Below, one piece after another: positions 1-11,139 of a stretch of DNA of 64,000 nucleotides. This stretch comes from Fibrobacteria bacterium. GTDB lineage: Bacteria > Fibrobacterota > Fibrobacteria > UBA11236 > JADFYW01. Location: contig JBNKOC010000004.1 of assembly GCA_050294405.1 (NCBI GenBank), positions 128,001 to 192,000 of the forward strand, read 5' to 3'. Every line of letters starts with the position of its first letter. Position 1 is the first letter of the stretch. A model generated the notes under the pieces. It was given only the letters and a program-made list of their open reading frames with translations. It was not told the DNA's origin and did no database searches. Position numbers and translations under genes: made by a program.

Positions 1-1
1 A

Positions 2-1042
<1,041 letters not shown>

Positions 1043-1047
1043 TGTTA

Positions 1048-1740
1048 TTAGGCCATTAAATTTATTTGAGAGCCAAGGCGGGGAGCACCGCTTTGGCCGT
1101 AGTTGGCCATCGGACCGCTTTTTGCGCCGGAAGGCCCATCTGATGTTTCTTCTTGCCTTTTCTCATTTACCTGACGCCGTGCCTCCATTTCCATTTTAGT
1201 GGCTTCAGAGGCCACTTGCCTGTCTTTTCCAGATGGCTCAGCTGGGGCATTGGCGGCTCTTTTTATAACCTGAGCTTTTTGAATTGTGGCCTCAGGGTTA
1301 TCATGTATAGGGGACGTATCTATATTAACATGACCCGAAGTCGCGTAGCGTTTGCCATCGGGGCCCTGGGTATATTCAAAATGAGCCCCGCCCTTTGCAT
1401 AAGAACCAGCCGCCGACAAATGAGCCTGTTCGTGTTGGCGAACCTCTCTATCCCGGTCTTTTAATTCTTTTACTTCTTCTTTTTCCTCATCGGATAAATT
1501 ACTGGAACCAGTATCTGCTCCTTCTTTTTTACTTTCCTCTTCATAAGCTGCATCTTTTGGTTCGCCCAAGGCCTTTAAAGCATTTCGCCCTTCCAAAGAA
1601 ATTTGCAGGCTGGATGCTTCCTGGTCGAAAGGTGAAACAGCAGCTGTGGATGTCGAACTAGGATTTTGGGCATGGGGTACGGAGGGACGGCTAAAAACGA
1701 CGCCACTGGAGGAAAATGCAGAAGCTAGCGCATCTATCAC
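1048..1740 (-). CDS. SprA-related family protein (HExxH putative metalloprotease)
   Basis: RDREVRQHEQAH...GPDGKRYATSGHV...APAEPSGKD core; GTG at 1740 follows an AAAAGGAG SD and lies downstream of the sigma28 promoter, so it is preferred over the 1770 start. Confidence 0.85.
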   Translation of the reverse strand: MIDALASAFSSSGVVFSRPSVPHAQNPSSTSTAAVSPFDQEASSLQISLEGRNALKALGEPKDAAYEEESKKEGADTGSSNLSDEEKEEVKELKDRDREVRQHEQAHLSAAGSYAKGGAHFEYTQGPDGKRYATSGHVNIDTSPIHDNPEATIQKAQVIKRAANAPAEPSGKDRQVASEATKMEMEARRQVNEKRQEETSDGPSGAKSGPMANYGQSGAPRLGSQINLMA

Positions 1741-1760
1741 AACAAGATCTCCTTTTGGTA

Positions 1761-1787
1761 GTATCGGCAAAAAATTGAAAAGCTTTA
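1761..1787 (-). promoter_or_regulatory. Sigma28 (FliA)-type promoter
   Basis: Minus strand reads TAAA-N15-GCCGATAC versus consensus TAAA-N15-GCCGATAA, about 20 nt before the start codon. Confidence 0.8.
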
Positions 1788-1839
1788 ATTATTTTTTTGC
1801 TTTTGACTAATTACTCTTTTGGCATTATCTTCTTGGCCA

Positions 1840-3204
1840 ATGGCTGGAGAATCCCCAAAAAACTTGGCCGATAACAGCATTTTTTTGCTTATCGGAGATC
1901 ATCTCACAGATGGAAATTTTGAAGCCATTAAAGAACTCATTTCCGATTACCACCCGGCAGATTTAGCCTTTTTACTTAATTTGCTGGAAGATGAGGACAG
2001 CCTTAAAATCCTTCAATTGTTTGATGACGAAAAAAAGGCGGAAGTTCTTCCGGAATTAAACGAATCCAAACAACAATTCATTGCTGAGACAATGGAAAAT
2101 AGGGAATTGTCCCATATTGTGGAGGAAATGGATTCAGATGATGGCGCGGATTTAATTGGCCTTTTAGACAAATCCAGCCAGGATGAAGTGCTAAGCAATG
2201 TAGAGGGTGAAGAGGCCGATGAGCTTAGGGAGCTTTTACAACACAAAGAGGACTCTGCCGGCGGACTTATGTCCAAGGAAGTGGTGTCCGTTTCCAGCGA
2301 CTCTACAGTAGAACAGGCCATAGCTGAAATTCGAAAAGCTGTGGAAGAGACCGAACAAGTGTACAATGTTTTTGTGACTTCTTCGAAAAATGGAGAACTC
2401 CTTGGCAACCTTCCATTAAATAGCCTGGTATTGGCGAAGCCCAAATCCAAGGTGGCAGATATAATGATAGAAGCCCAATCGGTAACCACCCATATGGATC
2501 AGGAAGATGTGGCGCACCTAGTTAAAAAGTACGACCTAGTGGAAGTTCCTGTGGTGGATGAAGGAAACCGGCTGGTGGGAAGAATCACCCACGATGATAT
2601 TCTGGATGTGGTTGAAGAAGAAGCCGAAGAAGATTTAGGACATTTGGCTGGTACCGGGGATGAAGAAGTATCGGATCATTCATATTTTCAAATTTCAAAG
2701 AAGCGACTTACCTGGCTCATCATTGGTCTAATGGGAGGTACCGTTTCCGCCATTATTATGAGTAGTTTTGAGGTAGCGCTAGGTGAAGTGATAACCTTGG
2801 CTTTTTTTATTCCTGTAGTAATGTCCATGGGCGGTATTGTGGGAATTCAGTCGGCTTCTATTACTGTGAGGGGTTTGGCTACCGGCGAAATATTACAGGG
2901 ACAAATGCAGAAGCGGCTTATCCGGGAACTGGGGGTGTCTCTTATTACCGGAGTGGTGTGCAGTATCCTCTTGGTCCTTGCCATTTTGGCCTGGCAACAA
3001 AACTACAAGCTTGGATTTACTGTCGGCGCATCTATGTTTGCCGTAATGATAGTTTCTACCCTCTCTGGCACCCTATTACCTATGATCTTTCAGCGCATGG
3101 ATGTGGACCCTGCCCTAGCAACCGGGCCATTTGTAACCACCTTAAATGATATGCTGGGTCTTTCCATTTATTTTGGCTTATCTATGGCCTTTTTACATTT
3201 GTAA
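1840..3204 (+). CDS. mgtE: Magnesium transporter MgtE
   Basis: HPAD N-domain, CBS pair (SAGGLM, PVVD..RLVGRIT.DD), 5 TM segments with DPALATGPFVTTLND. Confidence 0.97.
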   Translation: MAGESPKNLADNSIFLLIGDHLTDGNFEAIKELISDYHPADLAFLLNLLEDEDSLKILQLFDDEKKAEVLPELNESKQQFIAETMENRELSHIVEEMDSDDGADLIGLLDKSSQDEVLSNVEGEEADELRELLQHKEDSAGGLMSKEVVSVSSDSTVEQAIAEIRKAVEETEQVYNVFVTSSKNGELLGNLPLNSLVLAKPKSKVADIMIEAQSVTTHMDQEDVAHLVKKYDLVEVPVVDEGNRLVGRITHDDILDVVEEEAEEDLGHLAGTGDEEVSDHSYFQISKKRLTWLIIGLMGGTVSAIIMSSFEVALGEVITLAFFIPVVMSMGGIVGIQSASITVRGLATGEILQGQMQKRLIRELGVSLITGVVCSILLVLAILAWQQNYKLGFTVGASMFAVMIVSTLSGTLLPMIFQRMDVDPALATGPFVTTLNDMLGLSIYFGLSMAFLHL

Positions 3205-3314
3205 TGGACAAAAATAAAGACTTTTAGAATTGCCTGAATAGCGGATATTTACTTTTATTATCCTGTACCTGGTTAGGTGAAAAAAAGGAATTTTTAATTT
3301 TTTAAAACATATTT

Positions 3315-3524
3315 ATGCCCAAATATTCCATTGCATTTCATTCGCCTTCGGGGAAATTTTACCACAAGCAAGTTGAGCTTGAAACTCAAAATGCCGCCCT
3401 CAAGTTCTTTTTCGATAATTATGTGGAAGATGAATATTCCAAAGATGCCGAAGGCTTTTCCTATTTCAGCGAAGACTTTGGCGATCCCGATGAACCACTG
3501 GGCAGTATTTTAGAAATACAATAA
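3315..3524 (+). CDS. Small acidic hypothetical protein
   Basis: 69-aa ATG ORF ending 15 bp before ddl; protein-like composition. Confidence 0.7.
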   Translation: MPKYSIAFHSPSGKFYHKQVELETQNAALKFFFDNYVEDEYSKDAEGFSYFSEDFGDPDEPLGSILEIQ

Positions 3525-3539
3525 TTTTATATCCAGCTC

Positions 3540-4568
3540 ATGGAATCTGGCAAAATCTCGGTGGCTGTTGTAATGGGGGGGATTTCCTCCGAACACGATG
3601 TTTCTATGCATTCGGGAGCAGGTATTTTAAAACAGCTAAACCGCAAAAAATTCAATCCTTTCCCCCTGATAATAAGCAAAAGCAACCAGTGGATTTGGCC
3701 AAAAAACAGGGAGGACTATGTATCTGGCCATGAAGAGTTGGTTGCCGTCTGCCAAGACCCCGATTCAAAATGGAATTGTGTGTCTTTCCCACTTTTTGAT
3801 ACTTTCCCCAAGGCCGATGTTTTTTTTATCGGACTTCACGGCGAAGGAGGAGAAGACGGAAAGCTTCAGAGTTTTCTGGAATTAGCGGGACAAAAATATA
3901 CCGGTAGCAAGCCCATGGGTTCTGCCCTGGCTATGGACAAATGTAAATCCAAAGAAATTTTTACTGCTCACGGAATCCCAACTGCTCCTTATGAAATCAG
4001 GCTACCTTCCCAATACCCTTTTAATCTTACAGAAATTATTGAAAAATTAGGGTTACCCCTGGTGGCTAAAGTTTCCAATGGAGGCTCTTCTCTTGGCGTA
4101 GAAATTTGTCAGGATCTGGAATCCGTAGAAAATTTTTGCAAAAGCTGGGTGGACAAAGCGCCGGCCATTTTATTTGAAAAATACATCAAAGGTCCAGAGG
4201 CCACCTGTGGCTATTTGAAGAATTATAAAGCCTTGATTCCCACTGAAATAGTTCCTCAGCAGGATAATTTTTTTAATTATGAAGCCAAATACCAGGAAAA
4301 CCGCAGTTTGGAAATCACTCCCGCTCGCTTTCCCGAAGAGGTTTTGGAACAGCTGCAAATGCTGGCAGAAAAATGCCACCAGGCTTTAAGCCTGGATATT
4401 TACAGCCGCAGCGATTTTATAATGAGCGAAAATGGCCCTTTAGTTTTGGAAGTAAACAATTTGCCTGGTTTTACTCCAAACTCCCTGTTACCCAAATGCG
4501 CCCTTGGAGCGGGTCTTGAGTATCCAAATTTATTGGAACATATTATCTTTGAAAGCCTGAAATCATAG
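3540..4568 (+). CDS. ddl: D-alanine--D-alanine ligase
   Basis: GGISSEHDVS, LHGEGGEDG, GSSLG, YEAKY and EVNNLPG motifs. Confidence 0.96.
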   Translation: MESGKISVAVVMGGISSEHDVSMHSGAGILKQLNRKKFNPFPLIISKSNQWIWPKNREDYVSGHEELVAVCQDPDSKWNCVSFPLFDTFPKADVFFIGLHGEGGEDGKLQSFLELAGQKYTGSKPMGSALAMDKCKSKEIFTAHGIPTAPYEIRLPSQYPFNLTEIIEKLGLPLVAKVSNGGSSLGVEICQDLESVENFCKSWVDKAPAILFEKYIKGPEATCGYLKNYKALIPTEIVPQQDNFFNYEAKYQENRSLEITPARFPEEVLEQLQMLAEKCHQALSLDIYSRSDFIMSENGPLVLEVNNLPGFTPNSLLPKCALGAGLEYPNLLEHIIFESLKS

Positions 4569-4601
4569 TTTTTTAAAAAAAAAAGATATTGGGTTGTGGT
4601 C

Positions 4602-5258
4602 ATGGATACATGCTTAGTAATTGATACTTCTTCTTACATTGCTTTGGGGCTTATTGACCCTAAAGGAAATGTTTTGTCTAAAATCATACTGCCAGATCAA
4701 AAAGCAGGTGATGTTATGGATAACGCCATTGAACAGTTAAAAGAAGAGGCTAAATCCTCACTTAATATTAGCCAGATTTGTGTTTGCCTTGGCCCGGGAA
4801 GTTTTACGGGACTTCGCATTGGAATCGCCTATGGAGAAGGCCTGGCTTTTCCAGAATCACTGCCCATTCAGGGTTTTTCTTCCCTGCAGCTTATGTTAAG
4901 CCTGGCCAAGTCCGAACCTACCCTGGCCATTATTCCGGCGCGCAAAGATTATTTTTATATATCTGCAAAAAATTTTTCTGAATGGGAAGAAGGAAAAGAA
5001 AACCTTCTAACCTCCCAGGAGCTTAAAGACATTTTACCTAATGCAGCTCATGTTGTAGTGCCGCATAAAGACAGTTTGCCTTTGTACGCAAACTTTTTAA
5101 AAGAATACAAAAGCCTGGATATTATTGAAAACTACGCCTGGGAAACCGCCATCAAGTTAGCGTCTTCCAACCAGAACATGGAAAGAGGCATTATAAAACC
5201 AAATTACATCCAAAAACCTGCTGCAGAATTGGCCCGCTTGCAAAAAGCCAATGATTAG
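4602..5258 (+). CDS. tsaB: tRNA threonylcarbamoyladenosine biosynthesis protein TsaB
   Basis: IDTS and GPGSFTGLRIG motifs; adjacent to rimI. Confidence 0.93.
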   Translation: MDTCLVIDTSSYIALGLIDPKGNVLSKIILPDQKAGDVMDNAIEQLKEEAKSSLNISQICVCLGPGSFTGLRIGIAYGEGLAFPESLPIQGFSSLQLMLSLAKSEPTLAIIPARKDYFYISAKNFSEWEEGKENLLTSQELKDILPNAAHVVVPHKDSLPLYANFLKEYKSLDIIENYAWETAIKLASSNQNMERGIIKPNYIQKPAAELARLQKAND

Positions 5259-5682
5259 AGCTCTGGTTTTAGAGGACAAGTCGGAAATTTTACGGCTTGA
5301 AAATCAAAACTGGAAGGCGTGGGACTGGACAATTTTTGAAAAGGCTTTGGATTCAAACTCCGATTTGCATTGCTGGGTTATTGAAGCAAAAAAAAGTGTT
5401 CTGGGATACATACTTGGGCAAAAACTCCATGATAGCTTGGAGATATTAAATATCTGTATTTTAGAGCAAAACCGAAAACAGGGTTATGGCGCTCAATTAA
5501 TGGGGAAAATCATTGAATTCTGCAAAGAAAGGCAGTTAGATAGTATACTATTGGAGGTGAGGTCTAAAAATTTAGCGGCCATCAATCTGTATAAAAAGTT
5601 TAATTTCAGGGAGGATGGCGTCAGGAAAAAATATTACACCTTGCCCATTGATGATGCTATTTTAATGACCTTAAAGCTGTAA
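5251..5682 (+). CDS. rimI: Ribosomal protein S18 alanine N-acetyltransferase
   Basis: GNAT RKQGYG, LEVR..N..AINLY, RKKYY..DAILM; overlaps tsaB. Confidence 0.93.
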   Translation: MIRALVLEDKSEILRLENQNWKAWDWTIFEKALDSNSDLHCWVIEAKKSVLGYILGQKLHDSLEILNICILEQNRKQGYGAQLMGKIIEFCKERQLDSILLEVRSKNLAAINLYKKFNFREDGVRKKYYTLPIDDAILMTLKL

Positions 5683-5687
5683 TAGTA

Positions 5688-7400
5688 ATGGAAAAGCCTT
5701 CTGAAGAGAAATTAAGCGAGAGCACTTCGCCAGATCCTTTGTTCAGGACAGTGGAATTCAGCAAAAAACAGCTGGAGGCCATTTTTGACCATTTGGAGCC
5801 TATGTGCCTGGTGGGAACGGACATGCATATTATTCGCATAAACAAGTCCATGGCCAGCTTTTTAAATACGGATTTTAAAAACTGCATTGGAAAGCACTTA
5901 AAAAATGTTTTTTACGAGTGGGACCACACCCTTTTATCTAATAATGTGGACTTGGTTTTATCTTCAAGACGTTCCATTCAAATAAACGATTACTCTTTGG
6001 TAGAAAGAGGGAAAAAAGGCTGGTACGAAATCACTTTCTATCCAGTAAGCAATGAAGAAAAAAAAGTGGATGAGTGTGTGATTTATTTTAAAAACATCAC
6101 AGAGCTTTTTCTCACTAAAAAAATATTGCTCCAGCAATACAAAAAGCTCGAAGAACAGCAAATGATGGTGGAAAATAAAAACGCGCTTTTAATCGAAACC
6201 CAAAATACCCTGGATTTAAAACACCAGGCCATTATGGACGAGCTCAATGTGGCCCGTGAGGTTCAGCAGGGGCTGATGCCAAATGTATTGCCCAAAATCC
6301 CTGGCATCGAATTTTTCTCTTCTTACGAACCCATCAGCCAGGTAGGGGGCGATATATATGATATTTTAAAACTCGATTCCCAGCATATTGGAGTTTTTAT
6401 CGGGGATGTTTCCGGCCATGGTATGGCTGCGGCCTTTGTGGGAGCCATGGTAAAAATGGCCCTTATTGATCACGCCGATAAACAGCACTCTCCCAAAGGT
6501 TTGTTTGAGGTTTTAAACAAAAATTTGATTAAGCATTTAAAAAGCGGACATTATTTAACGGCCTTTTATGGAATTCTGAACACGTCGGACTATACTTTTA
6601 CCTATAGCAAAGCAAGCCACCCCCATCCCATTTTAGTTCGTGATACCGGAGAAGCGCTGGAACTGGAAACTGGCGGTATGTTTTTAGGTTTAATGGATGA
6701 ACCTCAATATGAAGAGAAAAAAATTCAATTGCGGGCAGGGGATCGGCTGTATTTGTTTACCGACGGCTATTTTGAAATTAAAAGCCGCGAAGGCAATCAC
6801 TACATGTATAACAATTTCACCCAGCTTATCTCTTCCATCAACCATTTGCCTAAAGCTGAATGCCATCAAAAATTAACGGAAAAATTAAGCCAATATACGG
6901 GCCACAAAGAACTGGAGGACGACAGAACTTTTCTCATCATGGAAATTGTAGAGCCCAGCAAGTCCGACAGACTCCCGCTTCTCTCCCATTTTAGCCAAAG
7001 CGACAATGTTATCATCCGCTCCTTCAGTTCCGAAGAAGAATTTGATAAAATTTTTAAAGAGTTTGAAATTTATGTTAAAGATTTTGTGGACTCGGAAGAA
7101 GCCAGGCAACATATTATTATAAGCAGCATTGAATTGGTCAATAACGCCCTGGAGCATGGAAACAAAAACGATCCCGAAAAGGTGGTTTATCTGGCCTATG
7201 CTTCCAATGGCAAAGAAATCAAAATCACCGTTAGAGATGAAGGCAAAGGCTTTAACCCCCAGGCTTTAGAGGACCCCAGGTCCGATGGAAAAAATCAGCT
7301 GGAGCGGGGTCGGGGCATATTTATTGTTAAATCATACATGGATGAAGTGTATTTTAACGGCTCCGGGAACACCATCACTATTGTAAAATCCCTAAGCTAA
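5688..7400 (+). CDS. PAS / SpoIIE (PP2C) phosphatase / RsbW-type HATPase fusion
   Basis: N-terminal PAS-like region and coiled coil; VGGD, DVSGHG, TDG and DD PP2C motifs; C-terminal ELVNNALEHGN, DEGKGF and GRGIFIV. Confidence 0.92.
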   Translation: MEKPSEEKLSESTSPDPLFRTVEFSKKQLEAIFDHLEPMCLVGTDMHIIRINKSMASFLNTDFKNCIGKHLKNVFYEWDHTLLSNNVDLVLSSRRSIQINDYSLVERGKKGWYEITFYPVSNEEKKVDECVIYFKNITELFLTKKILLQQYKKLEEQQMMVENKNALLIETQNTLDLKHQAIMDELNVAREVQQGLMPNVLPKIPGIEFFSSYEPISQVGGDIYDILKLDSQHIGVFIGDVSGHGMAAAFVGAMVKMALIDHADKQHSPKGLFEVLNKNLIKHLKSGHYLTAFYGILNTSDYTFTYSKASHPHPILVRDTGEALELETGGMFLGLMDEPQYEEKKIQLRAGDRLYLFTDGYFEIKSREGNHYMYNNFTQLISSINHLPKAECHQKLTEKLSQYTGHKELEDDRTFLIMEIVEPSKSDRLPLLSHFSQSDNVIIRSFSSEEEFDKIFKEFEIYVKDFVDSEEARQHIIISSIELVNNALEHGNKNDPEKVVYLAYASNGKEIKITVRDEGKGFNPQALEDPRSDGKNQLERGRGIFIVKSYMDEVYFNGSGNTITIVKSLS

Positions 7401-7411
7401 GGTTCAAAACA

Positions 7412-8275
7412 ATGCCAGTAAGAAGCGGACGGTATTCTTCGCCCCAGATAAAAACAAATAGACCTTGGCTTAAATGGCTGGTTGGAATTGCATTAGTTTT
7501 CCTTTTTGTGTTTTTTTTATTGTTCTTAAATGCTGGAAAGTTTTTGGTAAAACAAGACCCCTTTACCCATGTTAACTGGGCTCTTGTTTTGGATGGAGAA
7601 GGCAGGGAGTGCGATAGAAGCGATGCCGCCCTTTCCCTGTATCTGGAAAATAGAATCGATAGTATCATATTATCGGGAGTGCGCACTTACAAAACCCGCT
7701 ACCGCAGTGAGTTCATAAGGCCTTCCCTGATTGAAAGGGGAGTCAATCCCAGCCATATTTTTGAAATGCGTAACGATACCTATAGCACTATTGAAGAGGC
7801 GATTCTGGCAATCCAGCAATTCCGCCATTTGCAATTGGATACGGTTTTAATCATAACATCACAATTTCACACGGCACGCAGCTCTTATATTTACAACTTT
7901 TTGGCCAAGGGCAATCCGGTATGTTTAGTCTATCCTTCTGAAGATATGTATTTTAACCCCAAAGCGTGGTGGGCCAATAGGGAGAGCATGAAAACATTTG
8001 TGTTTGAAAGCACTAAATTTTTCCAAAGCAGTTTGGAGCTTTGGTGGAACTCAATGGGCAAGGGCTACGATTTAGAAGGGGCACCCTTGATACTGCAGCC
8101 CACAGAACTATTTTTCAGGGCTGGCGTGGCAGCAGCTCCCGAGCTTCAAATTGAGGAAAATGAGGAAGAAACAACAGATAGCCTAAGCATTATGGAAATG
8201 GATAGCTTATCCGAATCAGCAAATAATTCCTCTTCCGAAATAAATGCAGATAGTTCCAATCTTGAAGGCCGGTAA
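7412..8275 (+). CDS. YdcF/ElyC (DUF218) family protein
   Basis: N-terminal TM; ILSG, STIEEA and ITSQFHTAR motifs; acidic tail. Confidence 0.85.
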   Translation: MPVRSGRYSSPQIKTNRPWLKWLVGIALVFLFVFFLLFLNAGKFLVKQDPFTHVNWALVLDGEGRECDRSDAALSLYLENRIDSIILSGVRTYKTRYRSEFIRPSLIERGVNPSHIFEMRNDTYSTIEEAILAIQQFRHLQLDTVLIITSQFHTARSSYIYNFLAKGNPVCLVYPSEDMYFNPKAWWANRESMKTFVFESTKFFQSSLELWWNSMGKGYDLEGAPLILQPTELFFRAGVAAAPELQIEENEEETTDSLSIMEMDSLSESANNSSSEINADSSNLEGR

Positions 8276-8277
8276 GC

Positions 8278-8982
8278 CTAGCTTTTACTGCTACCCCATT
8301 TTAACAAAATCATAGAATAAATTATGACTCCTAAAATAACCATAGGAGCCAAGGTCATAAGCAGGTACACCAAATAAATATTTAAAAAAGAAGAAATTAA
8401 AATAACCAGCGCAATTAAATCTCTTTTTACCAACCCTAAAAACAGACCCATGTAATTGATATGTAATTGCCGTTCAGCCTCATCTGCTAACTTTTCTAAT
8501 TCCCGATTAAATACGGTAATACTCAGCGGCTTTTCATTGAGCTTCAAATAGCCGTACACAAGAAAGAAGCCCACCATGGCGCAGCCAAGGGCAAAGACAT
8601 TGTAATAAAGCAAAAATTTAAACCCCAAATGACTGCGCACTACCTCACATAAAATGATTTCAAACCAAAACAGAACAAAAAAGGAAATTTGCCCGGGCAT
8701 TAAGATGGTTAATGGACTTCTTTTTTCCGAAATAACTTCTAAATGAAACAGGGAGTAATCCAAAAACACAAACAAACATAAAAGAAGGCCCGCCAAAACT
8801 CTAAAATAAGATTCCAACCCAAACAGACCTATTACCAGAGGCAAAGGGGCTAAAACACCAGTCCCAATAACCAGGTAAGAAAATTTATTAAGGGCCACTT
8901 TTTTGTTTTTTAAATAATTAGCAAACTTTAAGGCATAGCTTTGGGTGAAGCTAAAAAAATGAGTCTGGTTTTTTTTATTCAT
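8278..8982 (-). CDS. Membrane protein, possibly a degenerate CDP-alcohol phosphatidyltransferase-like protein
   Basis: Multiple TM segments; layout resembles the family but DxxDGxxAR is replaced by DYSLFHLEV. Confidence 0.5.
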   Translation of the reverse strand: MNKKNQTHFFSFTQSYALKFANYLKNKKVALNKFSYLVIGTGVLAPLPLVIGLFGLESYFRVLAGLLLCLFVFLDYSLFHLEVISEKRSPLTILMPGQISFFVLFWFEIILCEVVRSHLGFKFLLYYNVFALGCAMVGFFLVYGYLKLNEKPLSITVFNRELEKLADEAERQLHINYMGLFLGLVKRDLIALVILISSFLNIYLVYLLMTLAPMVILGVIIYSMILLKWGSSKS

Positions 8983-9133
8983 TTAAAGACTAAATAAAAC
9001 TTGGGATCACCCCAGTTGCCAATTTATGAGCCAAAACCCGTCTCAAACTATTTTGAAACGGTTAATTACCCGCTTAAAATAGGCATCCTAAATTAGAATT
9101 GCCACCCCTTTAACCCTTATTTACTTTTGAATT

Positions 9134-9367
9134 ATGCTGGAAGGATTAAAACTTACTTTCGCTGGCATGTCCATGGTTTTATCCTTTCTGGTGCTGCTAA
9201 TTGGAATCATGAATTTGTCCAGTTGGCTTTTTAAACCCCAGCAAACTCAAAAAATCCCCACCTACCCCAATGAAAAAGAATCTTCGGATATTTCTCCCAA
9301 TATGGTAGCTGCTATTTCCACTGCCATTGAGGCCTACGAAGCCGATAGCCGAAAAGGAAAATTATGA
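9134..9367 (+). CDS. oadG: Na+-translocating decarboxylase gamma subunit
   Basis: GMSMVLSFLVLL TM and VAAISTAI tail; ATGA overlap with oadA. Confidence 0.9.
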   Translation: MLEGLKLTFAGMSMVLSFLVLLIGIMNLSSWLFKPQQTQKIPTYPNEKESSDISPNMVAAISTAIEAYEADSRKGKL

Positions 9368-11139
9368 AAAAAATTAAGTTTCAGGATACATCATTTCGCG
9401 ACGGCTTTCAATCTTGTTTCGGGGCTCGGGTAATTACAGAAGATTTTTTACCCGCTGTGGAAGCATCCGTTGAGGCAGGCATTACCCATTTTGAAGCGGG
9501 TGGCGGAGCGCGGTTTCAATCTTTGTTTTTTTACTGCGGAGAATCCGCTTTTTCCATGATGGACAAATTCCGAAAAACTGTGGGTCCCGATATTAACCTG
9601 CAAACCCTTGCCAGGGGAATTTCTGTGGTAGCCCTTAGTGCGCAGCCCAGAGATATTATAGACCTCCATGCAAAGATGTTCAAGAAACATGGCATGACTA
9701 CTATTCGAAATTTTGATGCGCTGAACGATGTTCGGAATTTAAAATACTCTGGAGAGTGTATCACAAATGCGGGACTTAACCATGAAATCGCCATTACCCT
9801 AATGGATTTGCCTCCGGGTTGCGAAGGCGCCCATGATGTATCCTTTTACATTAAGGTGTTAAAAGACATACTGGAAAGCGAAGTGCCTTTTAGTTCCATA
9901 GCTTTTAAAGATGCTTCGGGAACGGCCAACCCGCAAAAGGTTTATGGAACCATTAAGCAAGCCCGGGATATTTTAGGAAAAGATGCACATATCAGCTTCC
10001 ACAGCCATGATACCGCTGGGGTGGGAATTTCTCAGTATCTGGCCGCCATTAACGGAGGGGCGGATCAAATTGACCTTTGTAAAAGCCCCGTAAGCGGAGG
10101 CACTTGCCAGCCTGATATTATTTCTATGTGGCACGCCATGAAAGGCAGCGGTTACACATTGGATATTGATGTTAACAAAGTTTTAAAGGCGGTGGATGTA
10201 TTTGAAAAATGCATGGAAGATTATTTCTTCCCGCCGGAAGCTAAGCAAATTTCCTGTCGCATACCGCTTTCTCCCATGCCAGGCGGCGCCCTAACGGCAA
10301 ATACCATGATGATGAGAGATACAGGTACGCTTAATTTGTATCCCGATGTAATTAAGGCTATGTCCGAATGCGTGGCCAAAGGGGGGTTTGGAACCAGTGT
10401 AACCCCTGTTTCCCAATTTTATTTTCAACAAGCTTACGCTAATGTGACTCAGGGCCCCTGGAAAAAAATAACCCAGGGTTATGGAAACATGGTTTTGGGA
10501 TATTTTGGGAAAACACCTGTAAGACCAGACGGGGAAGTTATAAAAATTGCAGAAGATCAAATGGGAAAGCCCTTTTTTGAGGGAGACCCAGTGGATTTAA
10601 TTGAAGATGGAATTCCCAAAGCAAAAAAAATATTGGCTGATAATAACTTAGAAATTACCGATGAAAACATATTTATCGTAGCTTCCTGCGAATCCAAAGG
10701 AGTTGACTTTTTAAAGGGTAATTTCACTACAAACATTCGGAAAAAATCCAAAGAAGATACATCCCCCAAGGCTGCTGCTCCAGCTCCACAAAATTCAGAA
10801 GTCCGACATTATTCGGTTGCCGTGAACGGGCAAAATTTTGAAGTCAGCGTGGGACCTTCAGGTCAAAAAATTGTTCCTGCAAAAACAAAAAACGAAAAAG
10901 CGGAAAACAGCGCCAAGAGTTCTTCTTCAAAACAAGACGTAAAAGCCCAACTCCCTGGCAATGTATTGCGCATTGAAGTTGCCGAAGGACAAAGCGTTGA
11001 AAAGGACCAGGTTTTAATTGTGCTTGAAGCCATGAAAATGGAAACTCCTGTAAAAGCTCCCCAGGAAGGCAAAGTAACTGCCATACATGTTCAGCCTGGC
11101 CAAACTGTAAGCGCTGGAGATTTGTTATTAACCATTTAA
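9364..11139 (+). CDS. oadA: Oxaloacetate decarboxylase alpha / PycB-like carboxyltransferase with biotinyl domain
   Basis: RDGFQS, KDASG, HSHDT and MPGG motifs; C-terminal EAMKME biotinylation motif; lies between oadG and oadB. Confidence 0.93.
   Translation: MKKIKFQDTSFRDGFQSCFGARVITEDFLPAVEASVEAGITHFEAGGGARFQSLFFYCGESAFSMMDKFRKTVGPDINLQTLARGISVVALSAQPRDIIDLHAKMFKKHGMTTIRNFDALNDVRNLKYSGECITNAGLNHEIAITLMDLPPGCEGAHDVSFYIKVLKDILESEVPFSSIAFKDASGTANPQKVYGTIKQARDILGKDAHISFHSHDTAGVGISQYLAAINGGADQIDLCKSPVSGGTCQPDIISMWHAMKGSGYTLDIDVNKVLKAVDVFEKCMEDYFFPPEAKQISCRIPLSPMPGGALTANTMMMRDTGTLNLYPDVIKAMSECVAKGGFGTSVTPVSQFYFQQAYANVTQGPWKKITQGYGNMVLGYFGKTPVRPDGEVIKIAEDQMGKPFFEGDPVDLIEDGIPKAKKILADNNLEITDENIFIVASCESKGVDFLKGNFTTNIRKKSKEDTSPKAAAPAPQNSEVRHYSVAVNGQNFEVSVGPSGQKIVPAKTKNEKAENSAKSSSSKQDVKAQLPGNVLRIEVAEGQSVEKDQVLIVLEAMKMETPVKAPQEGKVTAIHVQPGQTVSAGDLLLTI

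Noticed and set aside
1867..1874. GCCGATAA sigma28 -10 match inside mgtE
   Set aside because: The position 15 nt upstream reads AGAA, not TAAA, and the site lies within coding sequence.
3540..4568. Possible Van-type D-Ala-D-Lac ligase
   Set aside because: The omega loop has Tyr (YEAKY) as in D-Ala-D-Ala ligases, and no van genes are nearby.
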